DNA of 64,000 bases from Octopus vulgaris (Eukaryota). The stretch spans positions 32,426,001 to 32,490,000 of the forward strand of contig OX597829.1 in the NCBI GenBank assembly GCA_951406725.2, in the 5' to 3' direction. The first letter of the stretch is position 1. Every line of letters starts with the position of its first letter. Positions 52,076 through 64,000 of the stretch are shown piece after piece. Position numbers and translations under genes: made by a program. A model generated the notes under the pieces. That model had not been told where the DNA came from and made no database searches. It worked only from the letters and a program-made list of their open reading frames with translations.

Positions 52076-53606
52076 AAAAGAATAAAAGAATCACTTTTCA
52101 AGCAATATCGCTCTATAATCCACACTTTTACATTAGTTGTTCATTTTACTTCTAAATCTTTGCAACTAAACCACCTACTCTGATAATATCTCTGTCATTA
52201 TCCTGGAACAGTGCTCTCAGATTTATCCTTCTTTCGAAAGTTTTCAAGTTATTTCAATGATTTCTTTCTTTCTTTCGAAATCTTTCAATCTTGCCCTCGC
52301 CACAAAGATCTATCTTTATATTTGGAAACATGCTCTGATGTATTTCATCTTCAAAAAAAGGCTGTTAATTTGAACTTACCAACTCTCAATTTATCGCACT
52401 CACTTTCAACAACTCAAAGGCGACGAACAATCTTGTTTCGTTGATCAGACTTTCATGTCCACTTGTAACAAAGCTACGGCTATCACTTATTTTTAAGATG
52501 TTCAATTACTAGCATAGATATAATTTCTAAAGCATCAAATTTAACACACACACACATGTGGTGCATCTGGGTATACCCCGTGTGATGCAGTGTTCTTCGG
52601 CAGATTACTGTTTGAAACTTACTGCGCTAAAGGAAGGGCTACCAAGTCAAATAAATTGAATTTTGCCAATTACGGGTACAGGGTTCAGTGATCTTCGAGG
52701 GATAAGGGGCATGTTGTATGTGATACAAAACATTTTTTTGAGTGTGTAATGTGAAACACAAGACGTAAAGAGTTTCTCAGCGTACATCGGGAAACATTTT
52801 CCTTAGTACCTAACGCGAAACATTAAGGATGTTCAACATTAAGTTCAAACACATAATGTAAAGTAAAAGAACAGAAGCAAGGGCTATAAAGTATTTTAGC
52901 CAGATGCTTTTCCAATTCTATCAACTCGGTTTTTCGGATTTTGTTTCTGTTTAGACGAGGTACAGCACTATATTTTACCTGACACGCAGCTACAGGGAGT
53001 CTTTATGTGGTCGCCCGACTTCTTAGAAACAGCCATAAGAACTATCTCAAACCGCATTATATTGCTTTAAAATGGTAAAATAAGCATTCAAGGCAAATTT
53101 CAAATTTTTGCACAGGACTAGCAAGTTCAGGAGAAGTGGTAAGTTGGTTACATCGATCCAGGTGCTCAACTAGTGCCGGAATGTCTTTAATCATAGATCT
53201 ACTCAACCAGGACTGACCTGGGCTAAAACTCAACAACAATAACATCATAGCATCGAACAAACAATAGTCTCTTGATGGTTACTTGACCTGCTAGGAGAAG
53301 TAGTTACATTTCCCCCAAATCATACTAACTGTTTTAAATAAGGAAAGAAAACATTAGCTAATACAGTTCCACACTCACCTAAAAGGGTAGGATGGTCTTG
53401 ACCAGAACGCTTTTGATTACAAGTCTACTCAATCAGAACTGATCTGAATCGGGACAGAAGATTTAAGAAGAAAAGTGTGAAGGAAGGAGAGGTAATAAAA
53501 AAAATTAAAAGATTATTTTATTATTGTCTTATCGGTTTCAGTCAGAGGCTTATAGTCATGCCGAGGCCAAATAAGTTTAAGAAATAAATTCAAAAGTTAA
53601 GTTTAC

Positions 53607-53946
53607 CGAGACATCCAAGTCGTAGATAAAAGTTGATGCCTTCACCAACATGGGCTGCAGTTCCTTCGGTCGGCAATTCCAGGTGGCTTTGTGATGTAGT
53701 CTGTGAGGAGGTAGACATCTCATCAGGACTGCAACTCTTGTTAGTGATGTGATCAGACAGAACCTGTTCCTCATTGTCCTCGCTGATTGGTTCAGTCTGG
53801 TTGCATTTGTGAAGGTTATCCTGGCTTCTTCGAATGGTAATGCGAAGGTTCTTTTCGAAGTAAGTATTCTTCATACCGCGCAGTAGATGAACGTGGAAGT
53901 AGAGCAGTATAATCAACGACATGATGTATAAATAAACCAAGAATAC
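53607..53946 (-). CDS. OTOP: Otopetrin-family proton channel, first visible coding exon (TM2, long cytoplasmic loop, start of TM3)
   Basis: Acceptor catttccatag|GTA TTC TTG; translation VFLVYLYIMSLIILLYFHVHLL...HVGEGINFYLRLGCL matches the otopetrin (S/N)FYLRLG motif; donor CTC G|gtaaac (phase 1). It starts at phase 0, so upstream exon(s) are missing from my annotation. Confidence 0.9.
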
Positions 53947-54201
53947 CTATGGAAATGAGGAAAAATAAATTTGGAAAAGAATAAAATGAAAAATTCAAGA
54001 AAATGAACAGAAGGGAAATTAAAATATAAATAAAGATATAGATATAAAAATGTAACAAAATAGTTCAAACAAAAATTGCAACCTTTTTGTCTTTAAATGA
54101 GGATAATGATGATGATGATGATGATGATAATTTGTTTGTGGGGAGTGGACTAGTCAATTACATAGACTCCAGTGTTTCACTGGTACTGCCAGCTCACCGC
54201 C

Positions 54202-54237
<36 letters not shown>

Positions 54238-54617
54238 TAGTGGCTGACGATATGTGCATCTCTGATCACGAGCAGAAGTAGTGGGGGAGCATCATAGCCA
54301 TGTGTTGAGAGGGATTCTTTGGGGTTTGAATAATTCACCTCTGGAAACATGGGTGGTTCTTTCAACATCCTTAAACAACCCTTATTCAGGGACCTTTTGA
54401 GCGGGATGGGCTACTCAACCTGAAGAAAATTCTAACTGGGCCCCACCTGCAAGGTCATGTGCTGTTTATCTTGATATGAGATCACCATGTCGCGCACATA
54501 TGGTTGTGATGCATGTGCCTGGTGTACCCTTATCAGACGGGTAGTCATGATGGGTATATTGGGCTTCGTATATTTTACCCCAGTGTCACTTTGATGGCAT
54601 GCACTGCTCTCTCACTC

Positions 54618-54620
<3 letters not shown>
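54238..54620 (+). mobile_element. Interspersed retroposon fragment between two (AAT)n tracts
   Basis: GC-richer block ending CTCTCTCACTC(AAT)n; family not determined. Confidence 0.45.
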
Positions 54621-54675
<55 letters not shown>

Positions 54676-54680
<5 letters not shown>

Positions 54681-54790
54681 GATCTGGAAATAGAGGTAAC
54701 TCGAATGTGGAGTCTAAAAACAAACAATTCCTATCAGGTATGACAAAAAATATTGAAACAAATACATAACTTAAACACCAGGACTTACAA

Positions 54791-54838
<48 letters not shown>

Positions 54839-54985
54839 AATAGCACTACTAGGCACTGCACACATTCTACGTAAAACACTTTCAATACAATGAAAATAAG
54901 AGCATCACAACAAACCACAGCACATACCCAAGGCGCACAGAGCTGCGCTCGGTAGTGCAGTGAAAGCACGTGATAAAAAAAAAAT
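54676..54985 (+). mobile_element. R4/Dong-type LINE 3' end in a (TAA)n tract
   Basis: KDLEIEVTRMWSLKT and QKIALLGTAHILRKTL-like C-terminus, 3' UTR and poly(A); directly follows (AAT)n. Confidence 0.7.
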
Positions 54986-55235
54986 CCTTTCTACTATAGG
55001 CACAAAGCCTGAAATTTGTGGGGAGGTAACTAGTCGATTACATCAACCCCAATGTTTCACTTTGTCAGGAGTTAATCGCCCTCAAGCGAGAGCTCTTTAT
55101 CAGGGCTAAACAAACGATAGCATTTCCCCTTCCATTTGCTTGCTCTTTCTTCCCGCCACTTATTCTCATTCTAATACACTTTCTCATTCCTCACTCTTGT
55201 TTTTTTTACAAATATTTTCTTTCGCCCTCTCTCTA

Positions 55236-55281
<46 letters not shown>

Positions 55282-55964
55282 CCAAAAATACCAACTTTAC
55301 TCTTTCATTCCGTTTTCTACTTTGCTGTCGTCACTCTTTCTTACCACAAACCAACTTCCGTTTCCGCTTCCACCTCTGTTCCTTATTGTACAAATTTGTA
55401 CTGTGAGTTTACGCATTTAATTAAACAAAACTATGAACATTTTCTTGCTGTTTTTTCTCCGAATACGAGACATTTACTTTATACAGTTGCTGTATATATA
55501 CCAAACTGTTAACAAACACCTGGTATATAACCTGATGCAGACAGTTGTCTATTTCTGTAAATTAACCGCCTTGATAATTCCCATGCGAATTTTTCTTGGC
55601 TTAATTACAATTTGTCGCGCATTTAAAAAATATTTATATAACTCTTAATTATAAAGTTGTTTCATACACATACACGTACACACTAAAAAAGTGGCAATCT
55701 TATCTTACATGCGCCATCGCTATGGAGAATGGTACCAGGTTTATATCTTGAAAGAAACTATAGCGAGCACCATAAACATAGCGGAGGGTGGGGTGGAATG
55801 GGCTTTCCCAAACAGGTTACAACCATTAATTTCACAGACTTGCTGTGCCTTCTGATTTTGTTTTTCTGCTGCAGCTGATACAACAACAACGACAACTGCT
55901 ACTGCTACTGCTACCGCCGCCGGGTGGAATTTAACAACCTTTTCAGATTAAACGTCTGTCCACT

Positions 55965-56572
55965 CAATGAATTCTGAAGAGACCGAAACAGGTGGAGTGA
56001 TCACTAGTGATGGTGAAATTATGCTTCCATTCATCTTCCCACACGGCCTCAGACTTAACATGGATGCCTACATCAAGTATTTGGAGACGGTAGTGCTGTC
56101 CTGAGTGAAGAGGGTGGCTGCTGGAAGACCCTGTGTTTGGCAACAGGACTCTGCACCTTACCACGCAAGCAGGATAACACAGTCATGGCTGTCAGACGAT
56201 TTCTGCGACCGCATCACCCCTAGCATGAGGTCCCTAACTTCCCAGACTGCAACTCCCTTGATTATTATGTGTGGGGCGCAGTTGAATGAGAGACCAACAA
56301 AACTCCTTGTAACACCAAAAGTGAACTGAAAGTAAGGATTGTGGCAGTATTTACCAACTTAAGCAAGGAGACCTCCCAGAAGAGTTGCAGGAGATTCTGA
56401 AGTCGTCTGGAGGCCGCAGTTGAAGCCAATGGCGATTTTATTGTATAAATTTACTCTTTAGTATTTCAAGATATTTTTTATGTAATTTTGGTAAATATAT
56501 GTTAAAATAAGATGTCAGTTTTATTTTCATTTTTGCGTAATTTAGATGACAGTTTATTCACGGCACCCTGTA
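55965..56572 (+). mobile_element. Tc1/mariner (DD37D/maT-like) transposase 3' remnant with TIR
   Basis: FIFPHGLRLN..AYI...VWQQDSAPYH...P..PDCN.LDYYVWGAVE; ends TCACGGCACCCTG|TA. Confidence 0.8.
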
Positions 56573-56585
56573 TATGTATCTATAC

Positions 56586-56976
56586 ATTCTTTTATTTGTT
56601 TCAGTCATGTGATTGCGGCCATGCTAGAGCACCGCCTTTTGTTGAACAAATCGACCCCAGGACTTATTCTTCATGAGCCTAGTACTTATTCTATCGGTCT
56701 CGTTTGCCGAACCGCTAAGTTACAGGGACCTAAACACATTAACAACAGTTGTCAAACGATGGTGGGGACAAACACAGACACACAAACACACACAAACACG
56801 CACAAACACACACAAACACGCACAAACACACACATACAACAGGCTTATTTTAGTTTCCGTCAATCAAATCCACTCACAAGGCTTTGGTCGGCCCGATGCT
56901 ATAGTAGAAGACACTTGCCCAAGGGCTTGAACACAGAACCATGTGGTTGGGAAGCAAGATTCTTACCGCACAGCCA

Positions 56977-56980
<4 letters not shown>
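56586..56980 (-). mobile_element. tRNA/CORE-type SINE
   Basis: Reverse copy of the 16267 family. Confidence 0.85.
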
Positions 56981-57026
<46 letters not shown>

Positions 57027-57033
57027 AATATAT

Positions 57034-57086
<53 letters not shown>

Positions 57087-57234
57087 TGTATAATTATGTA
57101 AATAAAAATAAAGATTAAAATCGTTAAAGATTTTATCAGTGACCAGCATATAATATAAACCTATTAAGGTGAATTCATATATAGAGATTTATAGTAGTAT
57201 AAAATATGATTATGATTAAGAACATGCCGAAAAG

Positions 57235-57604
57235 AGACGCTAAATCGTCAAACTTAAGATTATCACCGTGTTGAAATCGAGGGAGTAGGCTCACAGAAAT
57301 TCATAAAATAGACAGCCTTAGATTGATTAATTTCTGGATTAGTCCAATAACTTTTCCTCATCAGTAAGACACACTTAAGGAAATAAATGAGATATACATA
57401 CCGACATAACAGTGGGTATGTATAAATATCTCATTTATTTTCTTAAGTATGCCTTACTTATGAGGAAAGGTTATTGGACTAATCCAGAAATTGATCAATC
57501 CAAGGCTGTCTATTTTAGAAATTTCTGTGAGCTTACCCCCTCCATTTCAACATGTTGTGTACTATAAAGGTGATAATCTTAAGTGGTTTGACGATTTAGC
57601 ATCT
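57235..57604. repeat. Foldback palindrome (~170-bp arms) containing hammerhead cores
   Basis: Arms are reverse complements; left arm on the minus strand reads CTGATGA-GGA...TCCA-GAAA-TTAAT-C. Confidence 0.85.
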
Positions 57605-57832
57605 ACGTTCAGCACAGACATGGTCTCGTCTATGTCCTTAATCAAAATTGTATTTTATACTATTATAAATCGATCTCTCTCCCCTCTCTCTTCTCTCCCC
57701 TCTCTCTTCGCTCCCCTCTCTCTCTCTGTATGTATATATATATATGTGCGTGTGTGTGTGTGTGTGTGTATGTATATATATATATATGTGTGTGTGTATG
57801 TGTGTATGTGTGTATGTGTTTGTGTGTGTATG

Positions 57833-57875
<43 letters not shown>

Positions 57876-58836
57876 GTATGTAGTACGTACGTATGTTTGT
57901 ATGTATATATGTGTTTATGTATGTATATGTGTATGTATGTATGCATGCATGTATGAACGTACGTACGCATGTATGTATGTATACATGTATGTATGTGTGT
58001 AAGTATGTATGTAAGTAGTTGTGTGTATAAACCTAGAGAAACAAATTAGAAAAATTGTTCAATGGACTGTTTAAGGCTTTTTAATGTTTGAACGTGAGGA
58101 ATAGGTGAAGACACAGAGAGGTGTTAAATGGTCTAAATAGTTGGGAACAAGATTTCTTAAATTCTTGAAAGTTATCAGTTGTAGACGGAAAAATCGCAGC
58201 AACAAACAGAAAAACAACTTTAATCTGATAGTGTCAGCTTCAAAAGGGAAAACAGTGTTATCTTCACATATATAAGAATATACATGCATGCATGTTTGAA
58301 CGTACGTACGTACGTACGTACATACGTACGTACGTACGTACGTACGTATGTATGTATGTATGTATGTATGTATGTATGTATGTATGTATGTATGTATGTA
58401 TGTATGTATGTATGTATGTATGTATGTTACTAGTTGTAGGTCACTGTTTCGTACCGGGCTATAACATCTATGTTGCATAGGAACACATTTTTCCCAAAGA
58501 GGTCATAGGGGTATGAGATTTTTTTTTCTGATAATTTCTATGATTCAAGCGAGGTCGCTTCTGCTGATAGTTTGAAAGTTAAAAACTGCTTCGTTAAATA
58601 AATACCTAAATAAATAAACAAACAAATAAATAAATAGATAGATAAATAAATAAATAAATAAATAAATAAGAGTTTTCAGGGTCGACAGTGGAATAATATG
58701 TGCGGTGTGCTGACTGATGTAGCAGAATAGATAAAGAGGTTTCTAGAACAAAGTCTAAGATGCAGACGCTCTGAAGAAGAGTAAGCAAGCGAGTGTAAAC
58801 AGACAGATAGATATAGATATATATAGATAGATAGAT

Positions 58837-58894
<58 letters not shown>

Positions 58895-60333
58895 AGAGTG
58901 AGAGAGAGAAAGAGAGGGAGGGGGAAGAGGGGAAACCTTGGTCGGAATGTTACAGCCAATAGCTTCTTCTCACCGCAAAATAACATATGTCTCTTCTGTT
59001 TTCATTCCCGTCTGTGATTCTTTGCCAACACAAATCATCACTGCCTTACCAATTTGTGGTAATAACTATCTCTGTATTCTAACTCTGATCTTCCTTTTCG
59101 TCCTGCGTGCGCGAGCGCGTGTGAGTACGTATTTGTACATATGGTTGTGTAAATATGTGTATGTGTGAGAGTGTAGAAGTGTGTGTATGTGTGTGTATGT
59201 GTGTGTGCATACATATGTGTGTGTGTATGTGTATATATATATATGACTGAGGGTGTTATAAAAGCTCTATATTGCTAGAAATAAGAGCTAAACGCTCTAA
59301 TACCGCAGTCTTCGTGATAGGGACTCGGTAACTTGCGGTAATTTGTGTTGCCTGATGGTCATCTAGCATTCCGGTTGGCTAGTTCTCTTTAGAAGTCACT
59401 ATTTGTTTTGTCTCCCTGAGACCCGGTTTTGACCAGAAGAAAATTCCATTGGTTTTGACTGAGATAACACCAGCAACTGGTGCTTGAAAAAGTGTATGGT
59501 GTTATTGCATAGTAATTTGGAGTTGGAGTTTCGAACCCTTGAGCAAGCCTGTTACTTAAAGTTTTCGAATTATATCAGTTGTCTGATAGTTTTTCGTGGA
59601 ATAAAATTTTTTTCTTTCTAGTCTGTTACTATAAGAAATTTAGTTACAGTTTGTATTTTTTAACGAGCATGCTTTCCTTATTCAATCGGAATTGGGTTGA
59701 AATGTTTCCAGTGCATTGGTAGGAAGGGAAATATCTGGTATTTAGGATTTATATTTGTGAGGTATTGATCTTAATGTTTGCTCACGGGAATTTTCCTGGT
59801 CGTGGGCTCCCGGATCTGTTGCCTGTGTACCGTCACTCTGTCCCTCAAAGTCAAACTAGTTTGACCTGTGTAGTTCCCATCTTACCCACCACTAATGAGG
59901 ACATAGATTAAGTTCTACGATGCACAGGTGAAGTGATCTTTTATGATGAATATTTGACCTGACTTGAATTCATATATTGAGCCTTCCATTTTTTGACTAG
60001 TGGAGTTGTATTTTTGGTGGGTAATTTGGTGCTGGTAAGTAACCTTTTTAGAAATTTGGGTTTTTTTTACTGTTAAATTTTTTGTGTTTCGAGTGTTTTT
60101 TCAGGGGATGTATATTTTGATGGATAATGCCGTATGATTCCATGTTCTTTGGATTGTGTGTTGATACGTAAGACAACGTTTTTAAGTGTATCTTGTTTTT
60201 TGTAATTTTCGGATATCTATCGCTTTTGCACGTTTTATTCCATTTTTAAAAATTAAATAACCAGGTATTTTCTACCATCGTTTCCATCGCAGTCCCAGAC
60301 AAACACAGGCACAACACATACACAGACACATGA

Positions 60334-60381
<48 letters not shown>

Positions 60382-60470
60382 GCATATATATGTATATATG
60401 AATGTGCACACACGCATATGTATATATATATATATATGCGTGTGTGTGCACTATATGTATATGTATATAT

Positions 60471-60852
60471 TACTCTCTTTTACTCTTTTACTTGTTTCAG
60501 CCATTTGACTGTGGCCATGCTGGAGCAACAAATCGACTCCAGGACTTATTCTTTGTAAGCCTGTACTTATTCTATCGGTCTCTTTTGCCGAACCGCTAAG
60601 TTACGGGGACGTAAACACATCAGAATCGGTTGTCAAGCGATGTTGAGGGGACAAACACAGATACACAAACATATACAGACACACATACATATATACGACG
60701 GGCTTCTTTCAGTTTCCTTCGACCAAATTCTCTCACAAGGCTTTGATCGGCCCGAGGCTATAGTAGAAGACACTTGCCCAAGGTGCTACGCAGTGGGACT
60801 GAACCCAGAACCATGTGGTTGGTAAGTAAGCTACTTACCACATAGCCACTCC
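60471..60852 (-). mobile_element. tRNA/CORE-type SINE
   Basis: Reverse copy of the 16267 family. Confidence 0.85.
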
Positions 60853-60926
60853 ATCAAAATGTAACCACATGTGAATTGTTGGCGATTTCTTTTCCTCCGT
60901 TTTCCTTTTCTATTGGACTTTCCTCT

Positions 60927-60962
60927 GTTTCTGAAGAAGAACTTTGTTCGAAACGCCAAACC
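60927..60962 (+). ncRNA. Minimal hammerhead-like motif
   Basis: GTTT-CTGAAGA-A-GAAC(TTT)GTTC-GAAA-CGCC-AAAC; the cleavage triplet appears mutated (GCC). Confidence 0.5.
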
Positions 60963-61075
60963 ACCTTTCCTTCCCTGATACTTTACATGTACCACGTCCT
61001 CGCGTTGTTGTTTTTGTGTGTTTGTTCTTCGCTTTTGGGGATTTATGATATATATATATGTATATATATATATAT

Positions 61076-61420
61076 ATCAAAATAAGCAACTGGATATCAA
61101 GAAGTGATGCAGTACTACCGTTTCAAGCAGCTTCATTTAATTGAAAAATGCAATCATTACATCAATTTAAATGCAGGGCTATCATCAGCTGCTGAAATAA
61201 ATAGAATTTTAATCAGTGGGACACTTCCATCTTCTTGCTCTGTTGAAGTATTTGAGTAAAATTATATTAATATGTCCGACTGATTAAAATTTTATTTATT
61301 TGCGCAGCTGATGAAAGCCCTGTATTTAAATTGATGTAATGATTGCATTGTTCAATCAAATGGAACCCCTTGAAAAGGTCATACTGCATCACTTCTTGAT
61401 ATCCTGTTGCTTATTTTGAT
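61076..61420. repeat. Foldback palindrome (~148-bp arms) with CTGATGA...GAAA cores
   Basis: 61076-61223 is the reverse complement of ~61273-61420; CAGCTGATGA occurs in both arms. Confidence 0.85.
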
Positions 61421-61508
61421 TTTATTCACCTTACTTCGAGCTGTGCGGATAAAATACGGGGCTGACTTGGTGCTTCAACTTAAGTACTCAATTCAACTGA
61501 ATCTCAAT

Positions 61509-61576
<68 letters not shown>

Positions 61577-61639
61577 GCATATATAGATATGTATACATAT
61601 ATGTATGTATATATATACATGTATAAATATGTAGATACG

Positions 61640-61692
<53 letters not shown>

Positions 61693-62097
61693 TGATGTAT
61701 CCACACACACACACACACATATACATATATATATATATATATATATCACACTGAAACAGAATGAGAGAGAGAGAGTGAGAGAGAGAAAGCTGTGGGGCAT
61801 GGCCTCATGCAGACAGAAATGCACATTTTCCTCCACAAAGACACACCCGCGCCAATAAAACAGCATGTTTTGTGTAATGCAACAACATTACGTGTGACTC
61901 GTTTTGTTTTTTTATCCTCATTTACCCAATATGGTGTCATTGCAGCTTGACTTAACAGCTGGAGTCAGTTAAGTCACCAACAAAACATGACATGAAGACA
62001 AAAGACACGTGGTATATGTATGTGTACACACACACACTCTCTCTCCCCCTTTCTCTCATGCGCGTGCACGCACACATACACCTACGTACGTGCATCA

Positions 62098-62232
<135 letters not shown>

Positions 62233-62254
62233 ATATCTATCTATCTATCTATCT

Positions 62255-62647
62255 ATTCTTTTATTCTTTTATTTGTTTCAATCATTTGACTGCGGTCATG
62301 CTGGAGCACCGCCATTAGTCGAGCAAATCGCCCCAGGACTTATTCTTTCTAAGCCTAGTACTTATTCTATCGGTCTCTTTTGCTGAACCGCTAAGTTACG
62401 GGGACGGAAACACTCCAGCATCGGTTGTCAAGCGATGGCGTGGCGGGGGGGGGGACAAACACAGACACACGCACATAAATATACGACAGGCTTCTTTCAG
62501 TTTCCATCTACTAAATCCACTCACAAGGCTTTGGTCGGTCCGAGCCTATAGTAGAAGACACTCGCCCAAGGTACCACGCAGTGGGACTGAACTCAGAACC
62601 ATGTGGTTTACTAGCAAGCTCCTTACCACACAGCCGCTCCTGCGCCT
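62255..62647 (-). mobile_element. tRNA/CORE-type SINE, full length
   Basis: Reverse copy of the 16267 family including the GGCGCAGGAG head. Confidence 0.88.
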
Positions 62648-63649
62648 CTATCTATCCCTCTGTCTGTCTATCGTTCTCTTGCATAAGTATGAATAAAACA
62701 GGCTTATGCACGCAAATACACGTATTAAAAATACATAAACTTCCTTACACACACACACACATCTTAATACAATTAAAATTATTTTTGTTGGAGATTTCCA
62801 GAAGAAGGACCAGTCAAAAGATGACTGCAATATTCAGTGCAAGGTTGAACGGTAATCTTGTAGAAATACAAGATGACCTCAGGCGTAAGAAATTTGAGTT
62901 GAATTGAGTAATCATTCAATCGATGACACATATCTTTAGCCGATGAAATCGTGGCCTTGTGCTAATGAAAGAAATCATATTTAAAAACTAGTCTAGAATT
63001 AAGAAAACACAAACGGACACGCACGCACACACACACAAAAGTCAAAACAGTAGAACACAAGAATAGGTTAATGCATATAAACAGTAGAATGTAAGGAAAT
63101 TAGTTATGGTCTGTGTCAGTATATACTAAACATAAAATAGCGAAGACATCTCTCTCCGACAAAGGCTTCGGCCAGAAAAATTAGACTTTCTCTACTTCCT
63201 GACGGCAAGATAATTTATTCAGCTTCTGTAAACGGGGTTAATTGCTTCGCAGTATTTACTTTCGTAGCTCTAAACAACGTCTTACTTGAAATAAACTTAA
63301 TGCTCGCTTTGTTGGTTTATTTTCTTTTTTTTCTGGAATTACTAGAACATGTGCGAAACTATTCTTGATAATGTGCGGGTGTGTGTGACTTTTTCGGTCT
63401 GTTATTGCTAGAACAAGTTTGACAAACTTTTGACATAGTCAGACTGAAAAATTTTCAAGAAATGCTAGAACAAGTTTGAGCAATTGTTGATTTTCTTGTT
63501 GTTTTCTTTTGAAATTTTTGCTAAAAGCAAAAATAATTCTTGACTTTGTCGGACATAATTCTTTGACAACGGTAGAACTAGAACCAACATACCTATATTT
63601 TATTGGTATTTTATTTTCTCTAGAATTGCTAGTATATGTTCGAGTAAGT

Positions 63650-64000
63650 CTTGAACGGTTAACAAGTTCGTTTCGCTACCACTTGGTTTCGGGTTCCGTC
63701 TCACTGCGCAGCACCTTGGGCAATAGGTTTTATACTAAAGATCTGAGCCAGCAATGACTTGTGGGTAAATTATTTAAATGGGAACTGCGTGGAAGCCCAT
63801 CATACACAAACACACACATACACTCGTTTGTGCATGTTTGTGCATCTTTGTGCTTGTCTTTCATCGTCAGACAACCGGTGATGCTTTGCTTGCTTCTCCG
63901 TCAAGTTGCGCCTTGGCAAAAAAAGTTCAGTAGAAACTAATTATTAGGGTTCGATTGGATGACCCAAACGCTTTAAGTCGGTACTCTAATCCGGTCGTAG
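63650..64000 (+). mobile_element. Old, diverged tRNA/CORE-type SINE
   Basis: CACTGCG..GCACCTTGGGCAA, GAAGCCC and GACAACCG.TG remnants. Confidence 0.6.

Noticed and set aside
59280-60260. Possible retroelement 5' relic on the minus strand
   Set aside because: Strand-biased composition only; I could not recover diagnostic motifs.

Overview
Eukaryotic, AT-rich and microsatellite-dense DNA. The SINE families and (TACA)n/(TA)n content point to an octopus (coleoid cephalopod); this is inferred from the repeats. The only well-supported host gene is a minus-strand otopetrin (OTOP) proton-channel gene. Four phase-compatible coding exons (53946-53607, 45362-45202, 38428-38263, 34275-33365) give 525 aa plus a stop, and its N-terminal exon(s) were not found in the window. 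The protein has unusual substitutions at two family signature positions (TM6 IEY->IMY, TM12 FYR->FIR). One internal exon is bracketed by a ~125-bp inverted repeat. The rest is mostly transposon material: three tRNA-derived SINE families, a head-to-tail Helitron array with a PIF1 fragment, mariner/Tc1/pogo, MULE, RTE, Tx1, R4/Dong, Gypsy and Penelope remnants, and many minimal hammerhead-like motifs and foldback palindromes. The most unusual non-genic signal is a recurring cassette, (TACA)n + AATATTTATCAG + TGGCGACTCCGGC (PBS/tRNA-Arg-3'-end-like). At 21-22.7 kb it accompanies a 608-bp local duplication sandwiched between two ~320-bp near-perfect (TACA)n arrays. Most ORFs in the supplied track are microsatellite or SINE artefacts.
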